Origin: Mobula hypostoma
Lineage: Eukaryota
Reading direction: 5' to 3'
Assembly: GCF_963921235.1 (NCBI RefSeq)
Contig: NC_086109.1
Coordinates: 22,756,001 to 22,820,000, forward strand
DNA length: 64,000 nt
The notes under the pieces were generated by a model. That model saw nothing but the letters and a program-made list of their open reading frames with translations. It made no database searches and was not told the DNA's origin. A program made the translations under genes and the position numbers. Each line of letters starts with the position of its first letter. Within the stretch, counting starts at the first letter, position 1. Positions 12,132 to 25,024 of this stretch are shown here, piece after piece.

Positions 12132-13513
12132 CAGTGGTGCTAGAAAGTTTGTGACTCCCTGTAGAATTCACTTTACTTCTGCAAAAATATGACCTAAAAT
12201 GTGATCAGATCTTCACACAGGACCTAAAACTAGGCAAAGAGAACCCAGTTAAATAAATAACACAAAAAACATTATACTTGTAAAATGATCCAATATTGCA
12301 TGTATTTGTTGGAAGAAGTATGTGAACCTCTGGGGTAACGCCTTCTACAAAAGCTATCTGGAGTCAGGTGTTCTGATCAATGAGATGAGATTGGAGGTGT
12401 GGGTTGTGGAGGAACCCTACCCTATATTTTAAAAAATACATACAAAGTCAAGTTACTGACAGAGTCTGCTCTTCAAGAAAAACCTACTTATGTACACCAT
12501 GCCTCGATCAAAACAACTTCCAGAGGACCTTAGAAGAAGAATTATAGAGATGCATGAAGCTGGAAAAGACTACAAATGCATTTCTAAATACCTGAGTATT
12601 CATCAGTCTACTGTAAGAGAAATCGACTACAAATGGAGGAAACTCAGTACTGTTGCTACTCTCCCTAGTAGTGGGCATCCTGCGAAGATCACACCATGAA
12701 CACAACGTGCAATGCTGAAGGAGGTGAAAAAGAACCCAAGGGTAACAGCAAAAGACCTGCAGAAATCCTTAGGACATGATAAAGTCTCTGTTCATGTGTC
12801 CACTAGAAGAAAAACACTGAGCAAGAATGGTGTTCATGGAAGGACACCATAGAAGAAACTACTGCTCTCCAAATAAAAACATTGCTGCATGTCTTAAGTT
12901 TGCAAAAGACCCCTTGGATGTTCCAAAACACTTCTGGGACAATGTTCCCAAAATTGAACTTGTCAGAAATGCACTTTGCTATGTTTGGAGGAAAGGGGCA
13001 CTGTACACCAACACCTCCTCTCAACTGTGAAGCATGGTGGAAGGAGCATCATGGTTTGGCGCTGCTTTGCTGCCTCAGGGCCTGAAAAGCTTGCATTCAC
13101 TGGGGGAACAATGGGCTCAAAATTGTATCAAGGCATTTTACAGGAGAATGTCAGGGTAGTGGTCCATCACCTGGAGCTTAATAGAAGTTGAATGCTGTAA
13201 CAAGATAATGATCAGAAACAGAAGAGTAAATCAACAACAGAATAGTTTAAAAAGAAGGAAATTCATGTTTTGGAATGTCTGAACCAAAGTCCTGCCCTTA
13301 ATTCTATTGAAACATTGTGGAAGGACCTGAAGCAAGCTGTTCTGCAAGGAAGCCCACCAACATCCTAGAACTGAAGCAGTTTTGTAAGGAGGAATGTCTA
13401 AAATTCCCCCAAGCCGATGTGCAGGACTGACCAACAGTTACCGGAAATAATTGGTTGAAGTTATGGCTGTACAAAGGGATCACACCAGTTACTGAAAGCA
13501 GAGGTTCACATAT
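12132..13513 (+). mobile_element. Tc1 (DD34E) transposon with pseudogenised transposase; outer part of right TIR missing
   Basis: Starts TA|CAGTGGTGCTAGAAAG. N-terminus MPRSKQLPEDLRRRII.., then TVKHGGRSIMVW and QDND..SPALNSIE with D-34-E spacing. Several stops and frameshifts. Inner repeat gtatgtgaacctct is mirrored at about 13500-13513. Confidence 0.9.
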
Positions 13514-13599
13514 CAAGCAGTAGTAAATCAAAGCAACAGGATTTGCTGTGTTGTCTTAAGGATATTTCATCACTCATCCAAGAGACTTCTTCAGTTCTA

Positions 13600-15470
13600 A
13601 TCGATGGTGGGCAGTTTTCCAGTTTATAAACTCTGAATTATTTAAAGTTATAGCAATCACGTGAGGGTTGTTAAGATTCATAGAGGTAATGAGAGGGTCA
13701 TTAGTCTTTGCATGAATGGAGGTGTGAACTCCTATGGAGTTTGATGATTGGTTATGGGCAGAAAAGGGGAACAAAATTAAAAGGGTCATTTTCTGATTGG
13801 GAGATTAGCTAGTTGATGCTACAGGAACGAGGACTGGGGCCGCAGCTGTTCACAAGCTATATCAATGTCCGGGTGAGGAATTCAAATGGAAGATGTTCAA
13901 TCTGATACAAACCTTAGTAGCAGAGTGGGATTGAAAATGATATAAGAGGCTTCAGGAAGACACAGGCATGGTAAATGAATGGGATAGACAGAGGCAGATA
14001 GAATAAAAAGCAGAAAATTGGAAGCCATCCAGTTTGGCAGAAATATCTGAAAGGCAAATTATTTTGCCTTTACAGCCCCACCTGAGAGGCTGGTCCAGAA
14101 GTTTAAGATGCTTGGCATTTGGATTCAACATCTTAGTGGGATAAGCCAGAGTGGTCGCGGATGACTGTCTCTCTGATTGGAAGCCTGCGACTAGTGGTGT
14201 ACCACAGGAACTGGTGCTGGGTCTGTTGATGTATAGCACCTATATTAATGACTTCGGTGGTAATGTGGTAAACTGGATCTATTAATATGTGGATGAAACC
14301 ACGACTGGTGTGTAGTGAACAGTGAGGAAGGTTATCAAAGCTTGCAAAATGATCTGGATCAGCTGGGAAAATGCACTGAAAATTTGCAGATGGAATTTAA
14401 TGAAGATACGTGTGAGGTGTTTCATTTTGGGAGGGGAAAAAACAGGGTAAGATTTATACAATGAATTGTAGGGCACTGGGTTGTGTAGTAGAACAAAGGG
14501 GTCTGGAAATACAGATCCAAAATTCATTGAAAGTGATATCACATGTAGATGGGGTCATAAAGAGACCTTTTGGCACATTGGACTTCAAAAATCGGGGCAC
14601 TGAATTCAAGGGTTGGGATATCATTTTGAAAATGTATAGGATATTGGTTAGATCAAATTTAGAATATTGTGTTCAACTCTAGTCACCCAAGTACAGGAAA
14701 GGTATCAATAAGCTTGAAAGAGTACAGGGAAAATATACACAGATGTTGCTGAAATTTGAGGACCAGGGTTACAAAGATGGAGCGGATATTTAGGGACTTT
14801 ATTCCCTGGAGCTCAGGAGAATGAGGGGAAATCTTGGGATGTATAGATAGAGTGAATGCATGTAGGCTTTTTCTCCTCAGGTTGGGTGAGTCTAAGACTA
14901 AAGGTCATAGGTTTAGGGTGAAAGGTGAAATATTTAAGGGGAATCTGAGGACTTTTTTCAGAGGGTGGTGTGACACGAGTGTGGATCAAGCTGCCAGCAG
15001 AAGTGGTAGATATGAGTTTAATGGTAATATTTGAGAGAAGTTTGGAAAGGTACATGCATGAGGGGGATATGGAGAGCTATGGTCAAGGTATAGGTGGATG
15101 GATTAAACAGAAAACAGGCTGGTAGGGACAGAATAGACTGAAGGGTCTGTTTCTGTGCTGTGGTGCTCTATGACTCAAAATGATGAAATATTGAAAGTGA
15201 TAGAGATTTTAGTGTTAATTTAAGTTAAGATACAAGTAGAATAAGCAACTATGAAGGCAAAAGTAATGTTGGCTTTCATTGTAAGAGGATTTAAGCACAA
15301 GAGCAAATACGTTTTTTCCTAGTCATTCGGGAATTTGATGAGACCGCACCTGTGTACTGGTCTGGTCTCCTTACATAAAGTGGATGTACTTGCGAAAACT
15401 GACTGAGTGCAGTGAAGGTTTTCCAGGTTGATTTCTGGGATGGTGCATTTGTTTTATGAAGCACAGTTAA
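13600..15470 (+). mobile_element. Nested degraded CR1 RT fragments (younger copy at about 14100-15175 inside an older one)
   Basis: TSGVPQ-like motif, LVRSNLEYCVQ and a CR1 tail at about 15170. The older CR1 resumes afterwards. Confidence 0.75.
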
Positions 15471-15474
15471 GTTT

Positions 15475-15760
15475 ATTATTTATGTATTTAGAGATACAGC
15501 ACTGAAGAGGCCTTTCCAGCCCTTAGAGCTGTGCCACCCAGTAAACCCTGACAACTCTGATTTAACCCTCACCTATTCACAGGATAATTTACCATGACCA
15601 ACTAACCTACCCAGTACATCTTTGGATAGTGGGAGAAGACCGAAGCATGCGGAGAAAGAAACATGCATTCCGTGGAGAGGATGTACAAAAACTCCTTACA
15701 CAGGATGCCGGGATTGAACTCTGAATTCCAATGTCCTGAGCTGTAAAACACTGCTGTGGT
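15475..15760 (-). mobile_element. V-SINE (HE1-like)
   Basis: Minus strand carries V-domain-like motifs and a CR1-like tail. Many related copies in the window. Confidence 0.7.
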
Positions 15761-15784
15761 GCCTGGGTCTGTATTCTGAGCAAT

Positions 15785-15975
15785 ATACACAAAATGTTGG
15801 AGAAACTCAACAAGTCAGGCAGCATCTATGGAGGGGAATAAACAATTTGTGTTCAGGCCTGAAACACTGGCTGATTATTCCCTTCCCTAGATGCTGCCTG
15901 ACTTGCTGAGTTCCTCCAGCATTTTTGTGTCTCCATTGTTCAAGATTTCCAGCATCTGCAGAATCTCTTGTGTTT
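15785..15975. mobile_element. Degraded self-inverted Penelope-terminus derivative
   Basis: Inverted arms ctcaacaagtcaggcagcatcta / tagatgctgcctgacttgctgag. Ends ccagcatctgcagaatctcttgtg. Confidence 0.7.
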
Positions 15976-16274
15976 ATGGGTCTATATTCCATTGGGTTTA
16001 GAAGAATGAAAGCTAATGTCATTGAAACATCCAATGTTCTTACAGGGCTTGTCAGGAGACTTACAGGGTTGATATTTCTCTTGTGTCTAGAACCAATAGT
16101 CATGGTCTCAAAATTAAGGAGTCAACAATCCAGAACAGAGAGTGAAAAGAAATTTTCACAGCCTAAGTTGATTCTTTGGAATTCTAATATTCAAGCCAGA
16201 TATTTAGAAGTTAATGGAAGGAAGATGTATTGAGGTTTGTGCATGAAAGTGGTAGAAGTTCAGCCAGGATTTTG

Positions 16275-16968
16275 TACAGCTACAAACTTCTTTAGAGGTT
16301 TGTAGAAATTCGGCATGACATCTAAAAATTTGACAAACTTCGATAGATGTGTGGTAGAGAGTGAATTGACTGGCTGCATCATAGCCTGGAATGGAAACAC
16401 CAATACCCTTGAATGAGAAATCCTATAAAAATTAATGGATACAGCCCAGTGCTTCAGGGATAAAGTCCTTCCATCCATTGAGTACATCTACACAAAACAC
16501 AGTCACAGGAAAGCAGCATCCATCATCAGAGACCCTCAGCACCCAGGACATGCTCTCTTCTTCCTGTTGCCATCAGGAAGAAGGTAAAGGAGCATCAAGA
16601 CTCACACTAGGTGTGAGTCCTTATCACTAGGTTCAGAAACGGTTATTCCCTCAACCATCATGATCTTGAAACAAAGAGGATAACTTCACTCAATTTCACT
16701 TGCCCCATCATTGAAATACACCTACAACCAATGGACTCACTTTCAAGGACGCTTCATCTCATGTTCTCGATATTTATTGTTAATTTAGTTATTATTATTT
16801 CTTTCTTTTTGTATTTATAGTTTGAATGCCCAAGTTGGGCAGTCTTTCATTGATTCTATTATGGTTATTAATCTATAGATTTATTGAGTATTCCCACAAG
16901 AAAATGAATCTCAGGGTTGTACATGGTGAGATATATGTACTTTGATAATAAATTTACTTTGAACTTTG
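16275..16968 (+). mobile_element. Rex1/Babar LINE 3' fragment
   Basis: RT C-terminus and (ctttgaa)n tail. Confidence 0.85.
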
Positions 16969-16980
16969 GACAGATAGACA

Positions 16981-17570
16981 CAGTGGTCCCCAACCTCCGG
17001 GCCGCAGACCGATACGGGGCTGCGAAGCATGCAGGGGTGCAGCAGTAGCCGGAGCGCACCCAGCACATCTTTAAGAAAAAAGCCGAAATAAACAAGCTAA
17101 TTAATTAAGTGCCAGATCAGAAACAATTGCCGATTTCATTTGCTCTACGCGGTTCACTCCTCTTTCCAGGGTGCTGGAGCCTTTAGCTGTTCCATTGTTT
17201 GGTCAATTTAAATGCCAGCCCAGACAGGCTGAAAAGACAGGGCTGTCAGGATCGAGGTGACATGTTGAATCTACACAAACTTCTAATAAAGTATAGGTGC
17301 TGCCGTGTTTTCTTTGTAATGACAGTTACGTGCTGGTCCCAGGACAGATCCTCTGACACTTTTCAGAGAGAGAAATGTCGATCCTTAATGCCGAAGAATT
17401 TAAAGTTTTTGACCCTCTCCACCTCAGTTCCTCTAATGAAGACTGGCTTCTGGGCAGCACCTAATTAATTAGCTTGTTTATTTCGGCTTTTTTCTTAAAG
17501 ATGTGCTGGGTGCGCTCCGGCTACCGCTGCACCCCTGCATGCTTCACGGCCCGGAGGTTGGGGACCACTG
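16981..17570. mobile_element. Non-autonomous hAT-like element with ~115-130-bp TIRs and heterologous interior
   Basis: Both ends read CAGTGGTCCCCAACCTCCGGGCCG. Arms are near-identical apart from an 18-bp indel. Flanked by AGACA on both sides. Confidence 0.85.
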
Positions 17571-17889
17571 AGACAGAGATATCGAAAAGGCCTGCTCTTA
17601 TTCAATTTCCAATGCTCTTAACATTAACTTTTCTAGATCAGTCTCAATAATTTAACCAGCATTTCTATCACACCTTTTCAATTGCAGTTTTTCCCAAAGC
17701 AACTTTTGTTGTCCCATTAAAATGATTTAGAGTAAACAACGTGGAAACAAAGCTTTCAGCTTATCAAGTCCTCGACAGTCATCAATCACTTGCTTACAAA
17801 AATCCCATTTTACTCTGCAGATATTCCAGTCAGTTTCCCCCCATTTCCCCTCCAATTCTAACCCTCATCCACAAACTAAAGACAATTTA

Positions 17890-18575
17890 CCTGGATTAGA
17901 GAGCATGCCTTGTGAAGGAGGATGAGAGGTGACTTGATAGAGGTGAGCAAGATAATAAAAGGCATTGGCAGAGTGGACAGCCTACACCTTTTCCCTGGGG
18001 TGGAAGTGGCAAATATGAGCGGGGGGGACAATTTTATGGTGATTGGAGGAAAGAATAGCGGGGATGTTGGAGGTAGGTTTTTTTACACAGTCATGAGTGT
18101 GTGCAATGCCCTGTTGGGGGTGGTGATTGATTGATTGATTGATTATTTATTTACATTAAAGAAACAGAACAGGCCCTTCCGCTCCGATGAGTCGTCCTGC
18201 CCAACAACCCACCTCTTTAATGCTAGCCTAATCACAGGACAATCCGCATTGACTGACCTGCTAACTAGTACATCTTTGGACTGTGGGAGGAAACTGGAGC
18301 ACCTGGAGGAAACCCATGCAGTTCACCGGGAGAATGTACAAACTCTTTACAGATGGCACCAGAGTTGAACTGCAAACTCCAGAACAGCCCAAGCTATAAT
18401 AGAGTCACGCTAACTGCTACGCTGCAAGGCACGTGCATTGGAAACATTTAGGAGGCACACGGTTGAAAGCAAACTGGAGGGCCATGCAGAAGGAAAGCAT
18501 TAGATTGATTTTGGAGTAGGTTAACTGGGCAGTACAACATTGTGGGCCTGTACTCTGCTGTACCATTCCATGTTT
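17890..18575 (+). mobile_element. CR1 3' fragment interrupted by a V-SINE (about 18135-18430, -)
   Basis: Reads MRGDLIEVSKIIKGIGRVD. V-SINE motifs lie inside. Confidence 0.75.
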
Positions 18576-19838
18576 TTACTGTAGCCAACTAGCTTCACAT
18601 CTCTGGGACATGGGGGGAAAATTAAGCACCTAGAGGAATCGCATGTGTTCATCAGGAGAATATGCAAACCCCACAGGTCAAGGCCAAACCAGAGTCACTG
18701 GAACTGTGAGGCAACACCTTTACCAGTTGTCCCATTGGGCTGCCCTTTCTTTTCAGATCTATGTTCTGCCAGAATCCTGGAACTGCCTACCCAATTACAT
18801 GGTGAAAGTACTTTCATCAAAAAAGGCTGCAGAGTTTTGAAGTTGCTCACCACCACCTCGCCAAAGATTTGCTCTAATCTTTATTATCATATTGTAGAAA
18901 AGCATTGGGGAGGTGCACAATAAATTGCAGTCTAATGATGCATGGGTCTGTCTGTTGGCAATCATCAGCTGTCAAATGGGGAGGACCAACATTTCTATTA
19001 GAGTGCCAAGGCTGAAGAAATCCAAAAGTTATGGTGAAGTAATCTCAGGTTTATGTGTTAGAAGTCTGTCAATATTTAAATAATTGGCAAAATGAAATAT
19101 AAGGGGAAAATACACAGCAAATATTGTTCAATAGTAATTTTGCATACCAAGTAATATAAATACTTAATAAAGAAATGCAGAACTGGCAGAGGGATAAACC
19201 TTTCAAAGAATCAGCGGAGCAGAATGCGCCAAATGGCTTTCTTCTGTTAAGTATCGTTCTCTGATTGACTTCAAGAAATAGAAATTCCATAATTTCAGTG
19301 GTAGGCAGCCATTAGAGGTTGATAATTGAAGCAATTTTGTCTCATGCTTGAAGAGACCAGTAGGTTTGAAGTGGGGACAATGTTATTAAATTTAGGCTTG
19401 AATAACATTGAAAATGAAACCGATTATTTGAACAATAACTGGCTTTAGTCTTGGGCTCTGAGGCCCTGAGGGAAATGGGTGAATGGCAGCAATAGTCAGT
19501 GGACTGACAGGGGAGATACTGGAAGGATAGAGGAGAAATGACACCAAACACCTATCAGCCACCCAAAACCTTCAGTAGGACAGGTTTTAAAAAATGTCTG
19601 AGGTTTCTGACAAAATTATTCAGGGTGGAGGCCTGATTCTGGGAATTCAGGGCCAAAGACTGAAGATCCGGAGGCAGCCTGTACTGGGGCTGGATGCCTG
19701 TCTCTGTGAGTGAGTGCGTGAGAGGGATGGGAAAGGAACTGGGTTTTTTAGCTTTTTGGTGTCTTCTGTTGTTTTGTTGTTGCTGCCTGTGTTGTTCTGC
19801 AGAACATTGTGGGAATGCTATGTTGGCACTGGAATGTG

Positions 19839-21298
19839 GCTAATGTAACCCCACTTTTTAAAAAAGGAGGGAGAGAGAAACCGGGGAATTATAGACCGGT
19901 TAGCCTAACGTCGGTGGTGGGGAAACTGCTGGAGTCAGTTATCAAGGATGTGATAACAGCACATTTGGAAAGCGGTGAAATGATTGGACAAAGTCAGCAT
20001 GGATTTGTGAAAGGAAAATCATGTCTGACGAATCTCATAGAATTTTTTGAGGATGTAACTAGTAGAGTGGATAGGGGAGAACCAGTGGATGTGGTATATT
20101 TGGATTTTCAAAAGGCTTTTGACAAGGTCCCACACAGGAGATTAGTGTGCAAACTTAAAGCACACGGTATTGGGGGTAAGGTATTGGTGTGGGTGGAGAA
20201 TTGGTTAGCAGACAGGAAGCAAAGAGTGGGAATAAACGGGACCTTTTCAGAATGGCAGGCGGTGACTAGTGGGGTACCGCAAGGCTCAGTGCTGGGACCC
20301 CAGTTGTTTACCATATATATTAATGACTTGGATGAGGGAATTAAATGCAGCATCTCCAAGTTTGCGGATGACACAAAGCTGGGTGGCAGTGTTAGCAGTG
20401 AGGAGGATGCTAAGAGGATGCAGGGTGACTTGGATAGGTTGGGTGAGTGGGCAAATTCATGGCAGATGCAATTTAATGTGGATAAATGTGAAGTTATCCA
20501 CTTTGGTGGCAAAAATAGGAAAACAGATTATTATCTGAATGGTGGCCAATTAGGAAAAGGGGAGGTGCAACGAGACCTGGGTGTCATTATACACCAGTCA
20601 TTGAAAGTGGGCATGCAGGTACAGCAGGCGGTGAAAAAGGTGAATGGTATGCTGGCTTTTATAGCGAGAGGATTCGAGTACAGGAGCAGGGAGGTACTAC
20701 TGCAGTTGTACAAGGCCTTGGTGAGACCACACCTGGAGTATTGTGTGCAGTTTTGGTCCCCTAATCTGAGGAAAGACATCTTTGCCATAGAGGGAGTACA
20801 AAGAAGGTTCACCAGATTGATTCCTGGGATGGCAGGACTTTCATATGAAGAAAGACTGGATGAATTGGGCTTGTACTCGTTGGAATTTAGAAGATTGAGG
20901 GGGGATCTGATTGAAACGTATAAGATCCTAAAGGGATTGGACAGGCTAGATGCAGGAAGATTGTTCCCGATGTTGGGGAAGTCCAGAACGAGGGGTCACA
21001 GTTTGAGGATAGAGGGGAAGCCTTTTAGGACCGAGATTAGGAAAAACTTCTTCACACAGAGAGTGGTGAATCTGTGGAATTCTCTGCCACAGGAAACTGT
21101 TGAGGCCAGTTCATTGGCTATATTTAAGAGGGAGTTAGATATAGCCCTTGTGGCTACGGGGGTCAGGGGGTATGGAGGGAAGGCTGGGGCGGGGTTCTGA
21201 GTTGGATGATCAGCCATGATCATAATAAATGGCGGTGCAGGCTTGAAGGGCCGAATGGCCTACTCCTGCACCTATTTTCTATGTTTCTATGTTTCTAT
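19839..21298 (+). mobile_element. Young 5'-truncated CR1 with an intact RT domain
   Basis: Open frame with QHGF, YLDFQKAFD, GVPQGSVLGP and FADD. Tail (tttctatg)3. 7-bp TSD GAATGTG at 19832-19838 and 21299-21305. Confidence 0.97.
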
Positions 21299-23064
21299 GA
21301 ATGTGTGGAGATATTAGCGGGCTGCCCCCAGTACATCCTTGGGTGTGCTGGTTAACAATGCAAATGACGCATTTCACTGTATGTTTTGATGTATATGCAA
21401 TAAATTTGAATCTGAGATAAATAAACGAGCCTCAGCTTCCTTGGCTCAGTTAGTAACACTCTGAATCTAAAGCTTTAATTCCCATTCCAAAGATGAAGAC
21501 AAAAATCAAATGAAACATTAAATCGGTGGAACACTCACAATAGGACATGAGAGGTGCTATGTAATTCAAGTCTTTAATTATACTTTGTTTGAATGAAATG
21601 TTCATTTAGTTTAATAAACTTCTGTCTGCTTACTCATATCTTTGATTGACAAATGAATGTGGGCATTGGGGAACTGGCCTGTGGCAGTTTTGGGGGCTTA
21701 TTGTGTCAAATGGTAAAGGCCCTACTGAAAACACCCATCAAAATGATAATATGCTAACTGCAGGCAATTTTCCAATATCTATTCATTATGAGGAAATAGT
21801 GCTCTGTTAGATGTGTAATCCTCAGAATAGAATATGTCCCCAGATGTCTTCTGAACTGGCACAGAAAGATCCCATGCTGTTATTGAGAGTAGCAGTGTAT
21901 TGACAAATGTTATTTAGAATAGCAAGACAGTTCTCTCCAGTGTATTGACAAATATTTATTCACTTTATAATGTATCTATCTGTCATGCCTTCGAAATGCA
22001 TTGAGACACGCAAACATGTATCCAAAGATCCATACAAGGCAACACACTTACGTTTGCGTGTTGGGTTTCTAAAATGTTGCTGCATTTTGAATATCTGCAA
22101 AACTGTCTATTCTGATATTATATAATTAGAGAAGGCATACTTTCTGCTTGTTCTAGCACTGTTTAACTATCCACATCCATTGTGCACAGAATCCATAGTA
22201 TTTGAATACTCCGTTGGGAGTTTTTGAGGGAATTCTGAAATAAAGACAGCATCTGCTATAGATGAAAGGGTAGCAGTCCTTAATACTAATCCCACTGATC
22301 CCAGCCTTATCTCAAGAAAAACACAGATGCATTTTTTTATTCTGAGAATCTTGTGTGATTGAAATGCCGGTCTGAACATGAAGTAGAGCCAAATTTGTTT
22401 TTGCTAATCATTTTCAGTTCCAAGGACAGTATTTACTGGTTCACCCTTGAAGCTGAAGGAGGCCCTTTGCACAAGGTTCAAATTCAAGGTCATTGTCATG
22501 GCCATATGTACAGGGGACATAAATGCTATGCAAATTAGCTTTCTGGAGCAACAGCAGCGTACATTAAAACATGACATACATAAGCTTAAATTAGCATAAA
22601 TTAATTAACAAAATAAGGAGAATGGTGCTAGTGGAAGTTGAAAGAGAGGGAGAGAGAGGGGGAGAGAGAGAGAGAGAGAAGGAAATCTAGTCTGTGGTTG
22701 TTCTAATCTTATATGCCAAGAGTTGCATCACAGTTTACTCGTATATGTTTATTAGGTTGTGGCCCACAACTTAATCTTCTCTTTTTTTTTAACAGAATGG
22801 TGAAGGAGAACATCTGGCCTGTTGGGCCCAGGCCTACTCCTGGGGTGGAGCAGAGGAGAGTCAATCTCATTATTTCCAACCTTCCCTCTCCTTATTACTC
22901 TCTACTCCTGCAATTTATCCACTCTTACACATGCCCATTAACTCACCTTTCCAAAGACCTACATCAAAACAAAGGAGGTTGCAGAAGCTGAAATCTGGAA
23001 TGAAAAAAGTGTAGAATGATTAAGAACTCAGTGGGACAAGCAACATCTGTTGAGACGAAGAGTC

Positions 23065-23722
23065 TTCACAAAGGGATCAGAAGTGGAAAGAGTGAACAAT
23101 TTCAAGTTCTTGGGTGCCAACATCTATCCTGGGACCAATACATCGATGCAGTTACTAAGGGGGCATGATAGCAGCTATACTTCATTAGGAGTTTTAGGAA
23201 ATTTGATATGTCACCAAAGACACTCGCAAATTTCTATAGATGTACCCAGGAGAGCATTCTAACTGGGGGCATCATCATCTGGTATGAGGGTGGGGGCACG
23301 GCATAGGATCAAAATAAGCAGCAGAAAGTTGCAATCTCAGTCAACTCCACCATGGGCCCTGGCCTCCCCAGCGTCCAGGACATCTTTAAGGAACGATGCA
23401 TCCAAAAGGCAGCAGCTATCATTAAGGACTCCCATCGCCCAGGACATACCCTGTTCTCATTGCTAAGATCAAGGAGGTGGTACAAGAGCCTGATGGCACA
23501 CACTCGGTGAGTCAGGAACAGCTTCTTTCCCTCTGCCAGCATTTTTCTGAATGACTATTGTACCCATGGACACTACCTCACTACTTATTTAACTCTTTAA
23601 TGTGTGTGTGTATACATAATCTACTATAATTCACTGTTTCTATTATTATGTGTTGCAATGTACTGCTGCCACATAACAACAAATTTCACGACATATGCCA
23701 GTGATATTAAATCTGACTCTGA
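23065..23722 (+). mobile_element. Rex1/Babar LINE 3' fragment
   Basis: Reads GSEVERVNNFKFLG. Tail tctgactctga. Confidence 0.85.
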
Positions 23723-23889
23723 TGTTTCTGTACCACAGTAAGAGGCAATTTACTGTCTCCAGTTAATGCACCTCCATAGCTTTGGGATGTTGGATGAAAC
23801 TGGAGTCCCAGCCAAAATCCAAATGGTCACAGAGAAACGAGCAAACTCCATACACACAGAAAGGATTGGTATTGGTATAAAGGCAAAAA

Positions 23890-24050
23890 AAGTACCGAAA
23901 ATACCTAGCAGGTCAGGCAGCAACTGTGGGGCGAAAAAAGGGAGTTCTGATGAAGGGTTCTCAACCTGTAATTTAAAACTGTTTCTCCTTCAACTGATGC
24001 AGGCCGACCAACTGAGTGATTTTGTTTCAGATATCCCGCACTTGATGTTT
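23890..24050. mobile_element. Degraded Penelope-terminus derivative
   Basis: agcaggtcaggcagca arm, a CTGATGAAGGG core remnant and a weak inverted partner. Confidence 0.55.
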
Positions 24051-24138
24051 TGTTTTATTTTCAACACTAAATTGGCCGAATCAACTTCACAACTGCATTT
24101 CCACTTTACAATATGAGTTTGTAAATTAATTTGAATAG

Positions 24139-24365
24139 CAATAGACAATAGGTGCAGGAGTAGGCCACTCAGCCCTTCGAGCCTGCACCACCATTCACTG
24201 TGATCATGGCTGATCATCCACAATCAGTACCCTTTTCCCACCTTTTCCCGTATCCCTTCACTCCGCTATCTTTAAGAGCTCTATCTAACTCTTTTTTGAA
24301 AGAATCCAGAGGACTGGCCTCCACTGCCTTCTGAGGCAGAGCATTCCATGGCCTCACAACTCTCT
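24139..24365 (-). mobile_element. CR1 3' end
   Basis: taggtgcaggagtaggcca..gcccttcgagcctgcacc is near-identical to the young CR1 3' UTR. Confidence 0.85.
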
Positions 24366-25024
24366 ATTTCTATAACTTCTCCGGTTCTATAATTCTGTGT
24401 CATCTCTGTACTCATCCAGCTCTGGTCCCTTGGACACCTTCGGCAGCTGTGGCTTCAAGATCTCAGTCACTCCTCTCTCCATGGTGCCGAGGCTATGAAG
24501 ACTGCCCCGGTTGCTGTGCTCCATGCCCACTAATATTTTGAGCTGATAAGCAAGGCGTCAGGCTTACTCTGGGGTGCTGTGGGGTTTGGATCTGAGGACT
24601 TAATTTGGTTCAGTTTGTTGGTGTTCGTTTCAATTGTTTGCATGACTTGTATTTTTCTTCTTTCTCTTGCTCATCGAGTGTTGGACTTTTATTTTTATTT
24701 TTTTCTTTAATTGTGTTCTTTCGGGTTTCTTGCTTTGTGGCTGTCTATAAGCAAACAACTCTCAAGGTTGTATAATTTTATACATTCTTTGAAAATAAAT
24801 GTAGTTTGAACCTTTGAAAATGGACAGGGAGAAGGTATTTCCATTTGTGGGAAAGAACCAATAGCTTAAAAATTGCAAGAAAATTCTTTATCCAGAAAAA
24901 TCTCTTGTGGAACTATCGACTATTGTGAGTAAGTGAGACAAATCATACAAAAGCAGGTGCCCTGAATTTTGCTGATAGGTAAGGGTATACGATGAAGGAA
25001 ATGAGGTCTATAGTAATAAGTAGA

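Noticed and set aside
20108..20812. Antisense ORFs over CR1 RT (also 35836-38115)
   Set aside because: Shadow frames of the CR1 ORF2.
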